Source of the DNA: an uncultured Acidobacteriota bacterium
Lineage (GTDB): Bacteria; Acidobacteriota; Vicinamibacteria; Fen-336
Direction: 5' to 3'
Length of the DNA stretch: 64,000 bases
Assembly: GCA_963720545.1 (NCBI GenBank)
Contig: OY970399.1
Location: 667,861-731,860, forward strand
Shown here: positions 19,652 to 29,066 of the stretch, one piece after another
How positions within the stretch are numbered: position 1 is the first letter of the stretch
How the letters are laid out: each line of letters starts with the position of its first letter
The notes under the pieces: generated by a model
What the model saw: the letters and a program-made list of their open reading frames with translations, nothing else
Told to the model about the DNA's origin: nothing
Database searches by the model: none
Program-made: the position numbers and the translations under genes

Positions 19652-20389
19652 ATCACCGGCCGCATCTTCATCGTCGTTCCCACCTACAACGAGCGCGAGA
19701 ACGTCGGGCCGCTCATCGACGAGCTGATCCAGCAAAGTCACGACCTCGACGTGAGCGTTGCCGACGATGGCAGCCCCGATGGCACCGGCGATGCGGTGCG
19801 CGCAGCCATGTCGCGCCACCCGGGGCGGGTGCAGCTGCTGGAACGCAGCAACAAGCAGGGGCGCGGCGGCGCAGTGATCGCGGCCTTCCGCCGCGGCCTC
19901 GCCGACCAGCGCTATCAGGTGTTCTTCGAGATGGACGCCGATTTCTCTCATCACCCCACCGAAATCGGCAAGTTCCTCGTGAGCCTGCAGACATACGACA
20001 TGGTCATCGGTTCCCGGTACGTCGCAGGGGGCGGCACCTCCGAGTGGGGCTATGCGCGGCCCCTGCTCTCGGCGCTTGCGAACCGCTACATTCGCGTCGT
20101 CGCGGGACTGCCGATCCGCGACCTCACGAGCGGCTACAGAGCCTATCGCCGCGCTGTCCTCGAGGCAATGGACTTCGAGCGCATCCGCATCACCGGCTAC
20201 GTGGTCCATGGTGAGATGGCCTACCAGGCGTGGATCAATGGCTTCCGCATCGGCGAGGTGCCGATCCACTTTCGCAACCGCGCGCGCGATGCCTCGAAGC
20301 TCACCGCCGCGGAGGTCTACCTCGCGTTCCTCAACTTTGGCCTGCTCCGCTTTCGCTACGGATTCCGGCCGCGCCCGCGCGCGCGATGA
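19652..20389 (+). CDS. Polyprenol-monophosphomannose synthase-like GT2 (DPM1-like)
   Basis: VVPTYNERENV, DDGSPDGT, MDADFSH, VIGSRYV.GG, DLTSGYRAY, EVPIHF.NR; start uncertain (in-frame ATC after SD, or GTG 19604). Confidence 0.9.
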   Translation: MTGRIFIVVPTYNERENVGPLIDELIQQSHDLDVSVADDGSPDGTGDAVRAAMSRHPGRVQLLERSNKQGRGGAVIAAFRRGLADQRYQVFFEMDADFSHHPTEIGKFLVSLQTYDMVIGSRYVAGGGTSEWGYARPLLSALANRYIRVVAGLPIRDLTSGYRAYRRAVLEAMDFERIRITGYVVHGEMAYQAWINGFRIGEVPIHFRNRARDASKLTAAEVYLAFLNFGLLRFRYGFRPRPRAR

Positions 20390-22344
20390 CGCTGAAGCGG
20401 CCCGTGCCCCTCGTGTTCGCGGCGGCGGCTGCATTCACGGCGATGCTGCAGGCGTTTGTCCCCGCCGAGGTGTTCGTCGCCGGCGACACCGGTGTCAAGG
20501 CGCTGATGATGCACCAGTTCGCGCGCGGCGAATGGGCAGCCGATTTGCGCCTGCAGGCGCCGCCGTGGGCGCACGCGCTCTGGGACGCGGGCCTGTACCC
20601 GCTGACCCCGCATCATGTCGAGACGCTAGGCGGCCGCTGGTACATCCAGTGGGCGCTTCCCTTTCCGTTGCTGACGTCGTTCCTCTACCGCCTCGCCGGT
20701 TATCGTGGCGCGTTGCTCCTCCCGCTCGCGGCGACGTGGGCGGTGTGGGCCGCGCTCGTCTATGCGCTGCGCGCGCTGCGGGTTGGCGAAACGCTCGTCG
20801 CGGGTTCGCTCGCGGCGCTAGCATTTGCCACCTTCCTGAGCTTGTACAGCGCGGTCTATTGGGAACACACGCTGTCGGTGGCGTGCGCGTTCACAGGCGG
20901 CGCGGTGCTGCTCGCCGCGCCGCGGCTGCCGTCACAGCGGCTCGTATGGGCGGGGGTGCTCGCCGGAGCCTGCATCTTCTTCCGCGAAGAGCTGGTGCTG
21001 CTGCTCGCGGCGCTCGGTGCCGCCACCGCATGGCGCCTGTGGCGGGGACCCGGTGCGAAGGCGCAGCGCATGCGCAGCATCGCCCTCGCCGGCGCCGCGA
21101 TCATGACTCCTTCGCTTCTCTATCTCGCGTGGAACTATTGCCTCTACGGCGACGTGCGCGGCGTCCACGTCATGAGTGTCAGCCAGTGGCTCGACGAGGA
21201 ACCGGGGGCGGCAGGCTGGCGGCAGGCGGTGCTGGTGATGCGCAGCCTCGTGGCCCACGCGCCGGTGATCCTGCTGGCACCTTTCGCCCTCGTCGGCGCC
21301 TGCCGGCGGCGGCAGCCCGGGGGAGTCCTCTTCCTGTTCGTTTCCGTCGCCTTCACCGCCTCGCTGCTTGCGATCGCCCCGTTTCAAGGCGGCCGCGAAT
21401 GGGGACCGCGCTACCTCCTTCCGGCAGTGCCTTTCTTCCTGGTGGCCTCCGCCCTGGTGGTCGAAGACCTGAGCCTGCGCGGGCGCCTGGTGAAGACGCT
21501 CGGCTTGGGCGCCGCAGCGCTGCTCTTCGCCTGGGGAGTGTGGAACGAAACCTGGCTCGGCGCGCGCGAGGTGCGCACCACCTACGCACGCCGCTTCGCG
21601 ACGCTGCGCGGCGTGGAAGCCACCGATGCCGCCGTGATCGCCGTGTCGCACCCGTTCATCACGCAGCAACTCGTCGCAACCATCCCGGCGCGTACCTTCT
21701 TCCACACGCCGGGCGCTGGCGAGCTTCAGCAGCTCGGCGACGGGCTGTTCGATCAGGCCATCGACAGCTTCCTGTACTTGTGCAATCCCGCCTACGATTG
21801 CGGGCCGGCCAGGACCGGCGAAGTGCCGGTGATACGCCTGGCCTCGGGACGGGCGGCGGTGGTCGAGTTGCTGCGACGTGGTCCGATGGGCCGCTACGTG
21901 GCATACGACGGCAGTATCAGACGCTTCGACTTCGCGCGCGGCGGCCGTATCGAGTTGAGCGCGGACGCGGCCGAGCCGCTGCTGGCAAGCGGCTGGTCGC
22001 GGGTGCGCCGGCGTAGCGAGATGGTGCCGTTTCGCTGGGCTGTCGGCACGGAGTCGTGCCTGCTGTTGCCCGTGTCGGGTCCTGCGAACCTTGCTGGCAC
22101 GGTGCGTGCCCGCGGCATGCGCGCACGCGAGCCGCAGCAGCTGGCCGTGCGACTCAACGGCGCGCGGCTCGTAAGCGCCAATGTCGGTCGCGGCTGGAGC
22201 GACGTCAACTTCGCCTCGCACGCGAACCAGTGGCGCACGGGCGGCAATACGCTCTGCCTTGATTTCGGCGCCGCCGGCGGCCAGGCCAGCGCCTCCGACG
22301 ACACCGCCGCGGGCGCCGTGGCTTTCGTCGCACTGCGTCCGTGA
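20386..22344 (+). CDS. Polytopic membrane protein, GT-C-like, with C-terminal beta domain
   Basis: ATGA overlap; GDTGVK after TM1, YWEH, FREE, WGPRYLLP; C-terminal GWS..E...FRW module. Confidence 0.7.
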   Translation: MTLKRPVPLVFAAAAAFTAMLQAFVPAEVFVAGDTGVKALMMHQFARGEWAADLRLQAPPWAHALWDAGLYPLTPHHVETLGGRWYIQWALPFPLLTSFLYRLAGYRGALLLPLAATWAVWAALVYALRALRVGETLVAGSLAALAFATFLSLYSAVYWEHTLSVACAFTGGAVLLAAPRLPSQRLVWAGVLAGACIFFREELVLLLAALGAATAWRLWRGPGAKAQRMRSIALAGAAIMTPSLLYLAWNYCLYGDVRGVHVMSVSQWLDEEPGAAGWRQAVLVMRSLVAHAPVILLAPFALVGACRRRQPGGVLFLFVSVAFTASLLAIAPFQGGREWGPRYLLPAVPFFLVASALVVEDLSLRGRLVKTLGLGAAALLFAWGVWNETWLGAREVRTTYARRFATLRGVEATDAAVIAVSHPFITQQLVATIPARTFFHTPGAGELQQLGDGLFDQAIDSFLYLCNPAYDCGPARTGEVPVIRLASGRAAVVELLRRGPMGRYVAYDGSIRRFDFARGGRIELSADAAEPLLASGWSRVRRRSEMVPFRWAVGTESCLLLPVSGPANLAGTVRARGMRAREPQQLAVRLNGARLVSANVGRGWSDVNFASHANQWRTGGNTLCLDFGAAGGQASASDDTAAGAVAFVALRP

Positions 22345-23759
22345 GCGTGAGGAAACCGCCGCCGGAAGCGTGGCTGTTCGCGCTGACGTTCGGGACGTTC
22401 GCGTTTTTCTACCAGGCGGGCGGGTGGAACTCGAATGTGCGCTTCGACCTGGTGCGCGCCATCGTCGAGCATCGCACCCTCGCGATCGACGCGTACCAGA
22501 AGAACACCGGCGACAAGGCGCAACGCGGCGAACACTATTACAGCGACAAGGCTCCCGGCATCTCGCTGCTCTCGGTCCCGGCGTATGCCGCCGCGTTTGC
22601 CCTGCGACCCGACCTGACGGAGACCGATGTCTTCCAGGGGTGGGCGTCTTATGCCTGCGTCCTGCTGAGCGTCGCGCTGCCTTCGGCACTGGCGACGGCG
22701 GTGCTGTTCCGGATCTGCGTGCTGCTGGCGCTGTCGCCGGCAGCACGCTCGCTGGTACCCCTGGCCTACGCGTTCGGCACGCTCGCCTTGCCGTACTCGA
22801 CGTTGTACTACGGCCACCAGACAGCGGCGGCGTTCTTGGTGATTGCCTGGTGGCTGGTGCTGCGGGATCCTCGCAGCAACGTCACCGCTGGCATCTTTCT
22901 GGGGCTTGCGATCCTCGTCGAGTATCCCGCCGCGATCGCCGCCCTGTGCCTGGCGGGTTATACGGTCGCACGCGCGCGTTCACCGCGGATGCTTCTGCAG
23001 CTGGCCGCGGGCATGGCGCTCCCGTTGCTCGTGCTCGCCTGGTATCACACCGCCGCGTTCGGTTCGCCGCTGGCGCTGCCCTACGACTTCTCGACGCAGG
23101 CCCCGCGCCACGTCGGCTTCATGGGCGTCGGCGTGCCCGAGCCGCGCGTGCTCTACCATCTGCTGATCGGCGAGTACCGCGGCCTCTTCTTCAGCGCACC
23201 GTGGCTCCTGCTCGCACTCCCCGGCATCATCCTGTGGCTGCGGGAACCGGCGCGGCGTGCCGACGGCATCCTTTGCGCAGCAGTGTTCCTCTCTTACCTG
23301 TGGCTCGCGGCCGGCCTCGCGGATTGGCACGGCGGCTGGGGCACGGGACCGCGGCACCTGATCGTCACGCTGCCATTGCTCGCGGTCGCCGCCGGCCGGG
23401 CCCTGCCGGCGCGCGCGCCCGTATGGCATGCGGCTGCAGCACTTGCCTGCGTCGTCTACTCGGCATCGCTGATGTTCGCCGCAACCGCGGTAAAGCCAGA
23501 GGTACCGCGCGCCATCGAAAGGCCGTTCGGCGAGTTCGTGTTGCCGGCGTTTCGCGCCGGTAACCTGAGCATCAACACGCAATCCGTCGACATGGTGACC
23601 GGACGCGACCGCACCGTGCGCCAGGCGTGGACGCTCGGCGAAAAGCTCGGCTTCGGCGGCTGGCTGCGGCTGCTGCCGCTCCTCATCTATGCGCTGGCGA
23701 CGGCGTGCGGCTTTTTCTCTTCAGTCCGCTCGCTCGTGCACCACCGCGACCGTGTCTAG
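22341..23759 (+). CDS. Polytopic membrane protein, GT-C-like
   Basis: GTGA overlap; YYSDKAPG, YGH, VEY, RGLFFSAP, WHGGWGTGPRHL. Confidence 0.7.
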   Translation: MSVRKPPPEAWLFALTFGTFAFFYQAGGWNSNVRFDLVRAIVEHRTLAIDAYQKNTGDKAQRGEHYYSDKAPGISLLSVPAYAAAFALRPDLTETDVFQGWASYACVLLSVALPSALATAVLFRICVLLALSPAARSLVPLAYAFGTLALPYSTLYYGHQTAAAFLVIAWWLVLRDPRSNVTAGIFLGLAILVEYPAAIAALCLAGYTVARARSPRMLLQLAAGMALPLLVLAWYHTAAFGSPLALPYDFSTQAPRHVGFMGVGVPEPRVLYHLLIGEYRGLFFSAPWLLLALPGIILWLREPARRADGILCAAVFLSYLWLAAGLADWHGGWGTGPRHLIVTLPLLAVAAGRALPARAPVWHAAAALACVVYSASLMFAATAVKPEVPRAIERPFGEFVLPAFRAGNLSINTQSVDMVTGRDRTVRQAWTLGEKLGFGGWLRLLPLLIYALATACGFFSSVRSLVHHRDRV

Positions 23760-25217
23760 CACCAGCGTCGCCGGACCCGGCACGCTGCCGTCTGCCGCCC
23801 GCTGATCCCGCGCGTAGACCGTGAAAAAGTCCTGCGCCTTGTCGTTCACGCGCCATGGATAGCCGAAGTAGCGCTTCGCGACGACGCCGTAGGTCTGCGG
23901 CCTGGCGCCGGGATAGTCGGCGTCGAAACGGAAGATGCGCGCGCCCATGCGCTCGTTCACGAACGCGACCACTTGCTTCTGTTGTGGGATCGACTGGCGA
24001 GAGTCCTCGCGGTAGTGGCACACCAGCGTGAAGGCACCGGCAACCGGCGCGAGCACGCAGTATGCGAGGGCCGCGGCGCGCGCCGCCCCACCGCGCGCGA
24101 CCAGCGCGCGCACGGCCGCGACCACGGTTATGAACGCGAACGGCACAAACGGCAGCACGTAGTGGGCGAAGTAACCGCGGCCGGCAACGAGGCCGAACAC
24201 CAGGATCGAGCCGAGCGCCGCCCAGAAGAGGAGCGCCACGCGGCGGTTGGCCGCGGCGGCGAGTCGCATGATCCCGAACAGCACGAGCAGCCAGCCGGCC
24301 GCCTCGAGAAGCAGGAGCAGCGCCGACGCCGGAATGGATCCGCCCCAGAACGAATGCAGCGCCTCGACACCGCCCTGGCCCCAGAACGCGAACGGGTCGA
24401 AGCCGCCGAAATGGCCCTTCGCTGCGAGATAGGAGGCGTCGGTGGTGGCGAAGGCGAAGAACTGCGCGAACAGGCCGAGGAGCGTCGTCAAGTCGCGATG
24501 GCCAGCTGCGCCGCCACTCGCCAGCGCCCGCGTGTTCGCGAAGCCGTTCGACAGCTCGTGCACTAGATAAGGGACATAGAAGAGGATGCCGAACGCGGTG
24601 CCGGCGAGGACCGCGGGCACGTTGAGCCGCGGCCTGTATACGAGAAGCGCTGCGGCAACGACGCCGGCGAGGCACACGAAGGCGATGTGCGCCTGGGTGA
24701 CGACCAGCAGGCTGAAGGGCAGCAGCGCCACGAAGCGGCTGCGTGGCTGCGACAAGACGCGCACCAGCGCGTAGAGCGTCAGGAACGCGAACGGCGGAAA
24801 AATGTCTGCCGGCCAGACACGGTCGGTGAACGTTACGAGCGCCGGCGACACGGCCGCGAGTGACAGGAAGATGAGCCCGGCGGTTTCATCCCACAGCCGC
24901 GCGAACGCGGCGCAGCCGAGGCACACTCCCACGGTGCCGAGCAGCGCGAAGAAGACACTGCCGGCGAGCGGGTCCGGTGTCGCGAGCAGCGGCACCGCGA
25001 CGAACAGGTAGAAAAACGGCCCCGGAGTGTGCGCGTCGGTCGCCGACACGCCGGGACCGAGGGCGGGAATGCCGCGGCCCTCCGCAACGTCGAGGGCGCT
25101 CGTGTAGCACTGCGCCTCGTCGACGTCGAAGCGCGCGAACCACGCGCCCGCGAGCCGCACCAGGAGCGCAACCAGCAAGAGGACGACGAACAGCGCGCGG
25201 CGCCCGGAATGCTGCAA
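23721..25217 (-). CDS. ArnT-like (GT83/GT39) glycosyltransferase
   Basis: FDVDEAQ after TM1, PALGP, PGPFFY, QAH, FAHY; TTG 25217 lies 8 nt after TAAACT. Confidence 0.75.
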   Translation of the reverse strand: MQHSGRRALFVVLLLVALLVRLAGAWFARFDVDEAQCYTSALDVAEGRGIPALGPGVSATDAHTPGPFFYLFVAVPLLATPDPLAGSVFFALLGTVGVCLGCAAFARLWDETAGLIFLSLAAVSPALVTFTDRVWPADIFPPFAFLTLYALVRVLSQPRSRFVALLPFSLLVVTQAHIAFVCLAGVVAAALLVYRPRLNVPAVLAGTAFGILFYVPYLVHELSNGFANTRALASGGAAGHRDLTTLLGLFAQFFAFATTDASYLAAKGHFGGFDPFAFWGQGGVEALHSFWGGSIPASALLLLLEAAGWLLVLFGIMRLAAAANRRVALLFWAALGSILVFGLVAGRGYFAHYVLPFVPFAFITVVAAVRALVARGGAARAAALAYCVLAPVAGAFTLVCHYREDSRQSIPQQKQVVAFVNERMGARIFRFDADYPGARPQTYGVVAKRYFGYPWRVNDKAQDFFTVYARDQRAADGSVPGPATLVLDTVAVVHERAD

Positions 25218-25267
25218 TCGGGTCGAGTTTATCAAAGCGGCGTCGCGGCTCTCGTAGAATGACGGCG

Positions 25268-26215
25268 GTGACGAGCGCATCGACGACGGCGGGCATCCGC
25301 GTGTCCTGCAACCTCTGCGGCGCGGACGATTTCGAGGTGCGCTTCGAGGCGGCGCCGCCCCGGCAGCAGGACCTCGCATCCGATCTCAAGGCCTCGACCG
25401 ACCGCTTCGCGAGCTACGGCCGCATCGTCCGCTGCCGCGTCTGCCGGCTCGTGTACACCAACCCCCGGCCATCGGCCGAGATCCTCACCAACGGCTACGA
25501 GGAGGTCGAGGATCCGGACTACCTTGCGGAGCCGTCGAGCCGCAGCATCAACGCCCACATGGCGCTGCACACGGTGCGGCGCTTCGCTCGCTCGGGCCAC
25601 CTGCTCGACATCGGCTGTTCCGCCGGTTTCATGCTGCAGGCGGCGCGCGGCGACTACGTGGTCACCGGCCTCGAGCCTTCGCGCTGGGCCTGCGACCTCA
25701 TCCGGGGCAAGTACGGTCTCGAAGTGGTGCAGGGCACGATCGACACCGCCGACTTCCCCGCCGGCAGCTTCGACATCATCACGATGAACGACGTCATCGA
25801 GCACCTCGACGACCCCAGCCGCGCGCTCGTGAGGCTGCGCGCCTGGCTGCGCCCGGGCGGCCTGCTCTACATCGTAACGCCCGACATCGAGAGCCTGTCG
25901 GCAAGGCTGCTGCAGGGGCGATGGTGGGGCCTGCGGCCCGCGCACATCTACTACTTCTCGCGCAAGACGATGCGCGCGCTGCTGCACCGCGCGGGCTTCG
26001 AGGTGGTGTTCGAGAAATCGTATGGCCGCGTCTTCACCTGGGAATACTGGCTGAGCCGCCTCGCCAACTATCCGGCGTTCATCCGCGACACGGTCGGCGC
26101 GGGCGTGCGTGCTTTCGGCGTCGAGCACAAGTTCCTCTACCTCGACACCCGCGACTCGATGGAGATGTGCGCGAGAGTCGCCGGCGCGCCGGCGGCCGCC
26201 GACCAGGCGGGATGA
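25268..26215 (+). CDS. Class I SAM-dependent methyltransferase with N-terminal Zn ribbon
   Basis: CNLC...CRVC; LLDIGCSAGF; FDIITMNDVIEHL; LRPGG; HIYYFS; start GTG 25268 or ATG 25259. Confidence 0.88.
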   Translation: MTSASTTAGIRVSCNLCGADDFEVRFEAAPPRQQDLASDLKASTDRFASYGRIVRCRVCRLVYTNPRPSAEILTNGYEEVEDPDYLAEPSSRSINAHMALHTVRRFARSGHLLDIGCSAGFMLQAARGDYVVTGLEPSRWACDLIRGKYGLEVVQGTIDTADFPAGSFDIITMNDVIEHLDDPSRALVRLRAWLRPGGLLYIVTPDIESLSARLLQGRWWGLRPAHIYYFSRKTMRALLHRAGFEVVFEKSYGRVFTWEYWLSRLANYPAFIRDTVGAGVRAFGVEHKFLYLDTRDSMEMCARVAGAPAAADQAG

Positions 26216-28425
26216 AGAACGCGGCGCTCGCGTTCGCCTTGTTCGCGGCGGTCGCCATCGCCTGGCTCGCTCCGGTTTCGCTTTCGCCCCGCGACACCGT
26301 GCAGGACTCGGGCGATCCGCTCCACATCGCGTGGATCCTGGCCTGGGACGCGCACCAGCTGGCGCGCAACCCGCTGCGGCTCTACGAATCGAACAGCTTC
26401 TTCCCATACCCCCGCAGCCTCGCCTTCTCGGAACACCTGCTGCCCGAAGCGATCCTGGTTGCGCCGGTCAACTGGCTGACCGGCAACGCCGTTCTCGCCG
26501 CGAACCTGAGCGCCTGCCTGGGGCTGACGCTTTCAGCCTTCGCCATGTGGCTGCTGGTGCGTGAATGGACCGGCAGTCCGCCGGCCGCCGTGCTGGCGGC
26601 GCTCCTCTACGCCTTCAACACTTTCACGCGCAGCGAAGCGCCGCGCCTGCACCTGCTGCACATGCAGTGGTGGCCGCTCGCGCTCCTGATGCTGACGCGC
26701 TACGCGCGCGACCGCCGACCCACGCACGCCTGGGCGTTCGCTGGCTTCTTGCTGCTGCAGGGCCTGTCCTGCACCTATTACCTGGTGTTCAGCGTTGCGC
26801 TTGCGCCGCTCTGGGTCGCGGGCGTCTTCTGGTGGCAGCGGCGTGCTCCGTCGCGCACGGAGTGGCTGACATTCGCCGTCGCGTCGGTCGCGGCCGCGGC
26901 GCTCGCGCTGGCGGTGTTGTGGCCACTCATCGCCAACATTCGCGCCATGGGTTTCGAAAAGACCTGGAGCGCCGGAGTGGACCTGCTCGCCTACCTGTGG
27001 CCCCAGCCGCGCCACCTGCTGTGGGGGTTCCTCGCTCGCAACTCGCCTTCCGCGGTTGCCGACACGCCACACTTCCTCGGCCTCGCTGGCGTTGTGGCGA
27101 TGGCGTATGGCGCCTTGATTGGCCTGGCGCGCCGCCATTCGCGGCCGCTCGCAGCGATCGCCGCCGGCACACTTCTCATCGGCCTGGTCTTTTCTTTCGG
27201 ACCCGACCTGCTCGTCGGCGGCAGTGCAGTGTTTCCCGCGCCCTACGGCTTCCTCTACAGCCACATTCCTCTTTTGCGCGGCATGGCCAGTCCCGAGCGC
27301 TTCGCCGTGCTGGTGCGCTTCGGCGGCGCTCTGCTCATCGGTTTCGCGGCCGCGGCCGTGCTGCAACAGCCGGTGACCAAAGCCCGCCGCGTCGGCGCAA
27401 CGCTCGCGGCGCTGCTGCTCGTCGGCGAGCACTGGACGGCAGCCACCGCGCCATGGAAGGCGCCCGTCGGCGCGCTGGTTCCACCGGTCTATGGCTGGCT
27501 CGCGACCCAAGGCACGGGTCCGCTCATCGAACTGCCGGTCTATCACGAGCGCGTGAAGCGCCTGCGGGCCGCCTACATGTACTTCTCGACGCTCCACTGG
27601 CGGCCCATCCCGCTGGGGCGCACGTCTTTCTATCCGCCCGACCACGACTACCTCGCGTGGTCGCTGCGCGACTTCCCCGACCAGGACTCGGTCGAGATCC
27701 TCCGCCGCCTCGGTATCGGCACGATCGTCGTGCATCCGGAGCTGTGGCGGGAACCGAAGCGCGGCGAGCACCTGCGCACGCTCGATGCCGACCCGCGGCT
27801 GCAGCTGGTGCGCACGTTCGGCGCGGCCGACCCGTCGCTGGCCCCGGAGCTCGGCCTCGGCGAAGAGCGCGTCTATCGTGTCGTGCTGGAAGCGCCCGCA
27901 GCGCCGGCAATGCTCCCTTGCACGCCGGAGAACGAGCTGCCGCGCGCCGGCTGGCAGCTTGCGCATTCCGGCCGCAAGCTGCCGCGGCTCGCGACCGACG
28001 GCGATCCGCGCACGGCCTGGTTCACGCACGAGCCGATGCGGCCGGGCGACTACTTCGAAGTGCGGCTTGCAGCGCCGGCGGCCGTTGCAGCGATCGCCAT
28101 GGATGCGAGCTATCCCTACGACGAGTTCCCGCGCAACCTCACGGTCGAGACGACGCTCGACGGCTCGACCTGGCAGCCGTGGCCCACGAGCCGCTCGCTC
28201 GACGAGTCGTGGCAGTACATCGCTGCCCTCATCGAGCACCCGCGAGCCGCCCAGTTCATCAGCCGGCCGCGCACCGCGGCGGTGGTGCGAGGCGTGCGGC
28301 TCAGCATCGCGCGCAGCGGCTGGGACGACGCCTGGCCGCAGTGGCGCATCGCGGAATTGCGGCTCTACTCCGAATGCCGCGCCGCGGCGGCGGCCGCGGG
28401 CCGCGTGGTAGGCTCCGGACCCTGA
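26212..28425 (+). CDS. YfhO/GT-C-like membrane protein with C-terminal discoidin (F5/8 type C)-like domain
   Basis: GDPLHIAWILAWDAHQL...FFPYPRSLAFSEHL; PERF; C-terminal LATDGDPRTAW...WRIAELRLY. Confidence 0.72.
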   Translation: MKNAALAFALFAAVAIAWLAPVSLSPRDTVQDSGDPLHIAWILAWDAHQLARNPLRLYESNSFFPYPRSLAFSEHLLPEAILVAPVNWLTGNAVLAANLSACLGLTLSAFAMWLLVREWTGSPPAAVLAALLYAFNTFTRSEAPRLHLLHMQWWPLALLMLTRYARDRRPTHAWAFAGFLLLQGLSCTYYLVFSVALAPLWVAGVFWWQRRAPSRTEWLTFAVASVAAAALALAVLWPLIANIRAMGFEKTWSAGVDLLAYLWPQPRHLLWGFLARNSPSAVADTPHFLGLAGVVAMAYGALIGLARRHSRPLAAIAAGTLLIGLVFSFGPDLLVGGSAVFPAPYGFLYSHIPLLRGMASPERFAVLVRFGGALLIGFAAAAVLQQPVTKARRVGATLAALLLVGEHWTAATAPWKAPVGALVPPVYGWLATQGTGPLIELPVYHERVKRLRAAYMYFSTLHWRPIPLGRTSFYPPDHDYLAWSLRDFPDQDSVEILRRLGIGTIVVHPELWREPKRGEHLRTLDADPRLQLVRTFGAADPSLAPELGLGEERVYRVVLEAPAAPAMLPCTPENELPRAGWQLAHSGRKLPRLATDGDPRTAWFTHEPMRPGDYFEVRLAAPAAVAAIAMDASYPYDEFPRNLTVETTLDGSTWQPWPTSRSLDESWQYIAALIEHPRAAQFISRPRTAAVVRGVRLSIARSGWDDAWPQWRIAELRLYSECRAAAAAAGRVVGSGP

Positions 28426-28427
28426 AC

Positions 28428-29066
28428 ATGACTTCCGCGCCGCCGAAGGTTTCACCGAAGATCGAGAAGGGCGACCTCAGCGCCGAGCGGCTGGCGAAGT
28501 ACCTGAAGGCGGAGGCAGTTGCGGTCGACACCGAAACGCTGGGCCTGCAGCCGCTGCGCGACCGCCTGTGCGTGGTGCAGCTGTGCGACCGCGCCATGAA
28601 CGCGACGCTGGTGCAGATTCCCCAGCACACGACCAGCGCGCCGCGGCTCAAGGAGCTGTTCGAGGCCAAAGCGGTCTTGAAGGTGTTCCACTTCGCGCGC
28701 TTCGACGTGGCCGCGCTGCGGCACGCGCTCGGCATCAAGGTGGATCCGCTCTACTGCACCCGCACCGCCAGCAAGCTGGTGCGCACCTACACCGACCGCC
28801 ATGGGCTGAAGGACGTGGCCGCGGAGTTCCTCGACGTCGAGATGGAGAAGCAGACCCGGCACAGCGACTGGGGCGCCGAGAGACTATCGAAGGAGCAGGT
28901 GAAGTACGCGATCTCCGACGTCACCATGCTGCTGCCGATCATGGACGGCCTGCAGGCGCGGCTTCTGCGCGAAGGCCGCGCGCAGCTCGCCGACGAGTGC
29001 TTCAAGGCGATTCCGACCATCGCGCAGCTCGACCTGCTGAGTTTCGAGAACCTGTTCGAGCACTAG
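28428..29066 (+). CDS. rnd: Ribonuclease D-like 3'-5' exonuclease (DEDDy, short form)
   Basis: AVDTET.GL...RDRLCVVQL, KVFHFARFD, CTRTASKL.RTYTDRHGLKD, SDWG, YAISDV. Confidence 0.9.
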   Translation: MTSAPPKVSPKIEKGDLSAERLAKYLKAEAVAVDTETLGLQPLRDRLCVVQLCDRAMNATLVQIPQHTTSAPRLKELFEAKAVLKVFHFARFDVAALRHALGIKVDPLYCTRTASKLVRTYTDRHGLKDVAAEFLDVEMEKQTRHSDWGAERLSKEQVKYAISDVTMLLPIMDGLQARLLREGRAQLADECFKAIPTIAQLDLLSFENLFEH

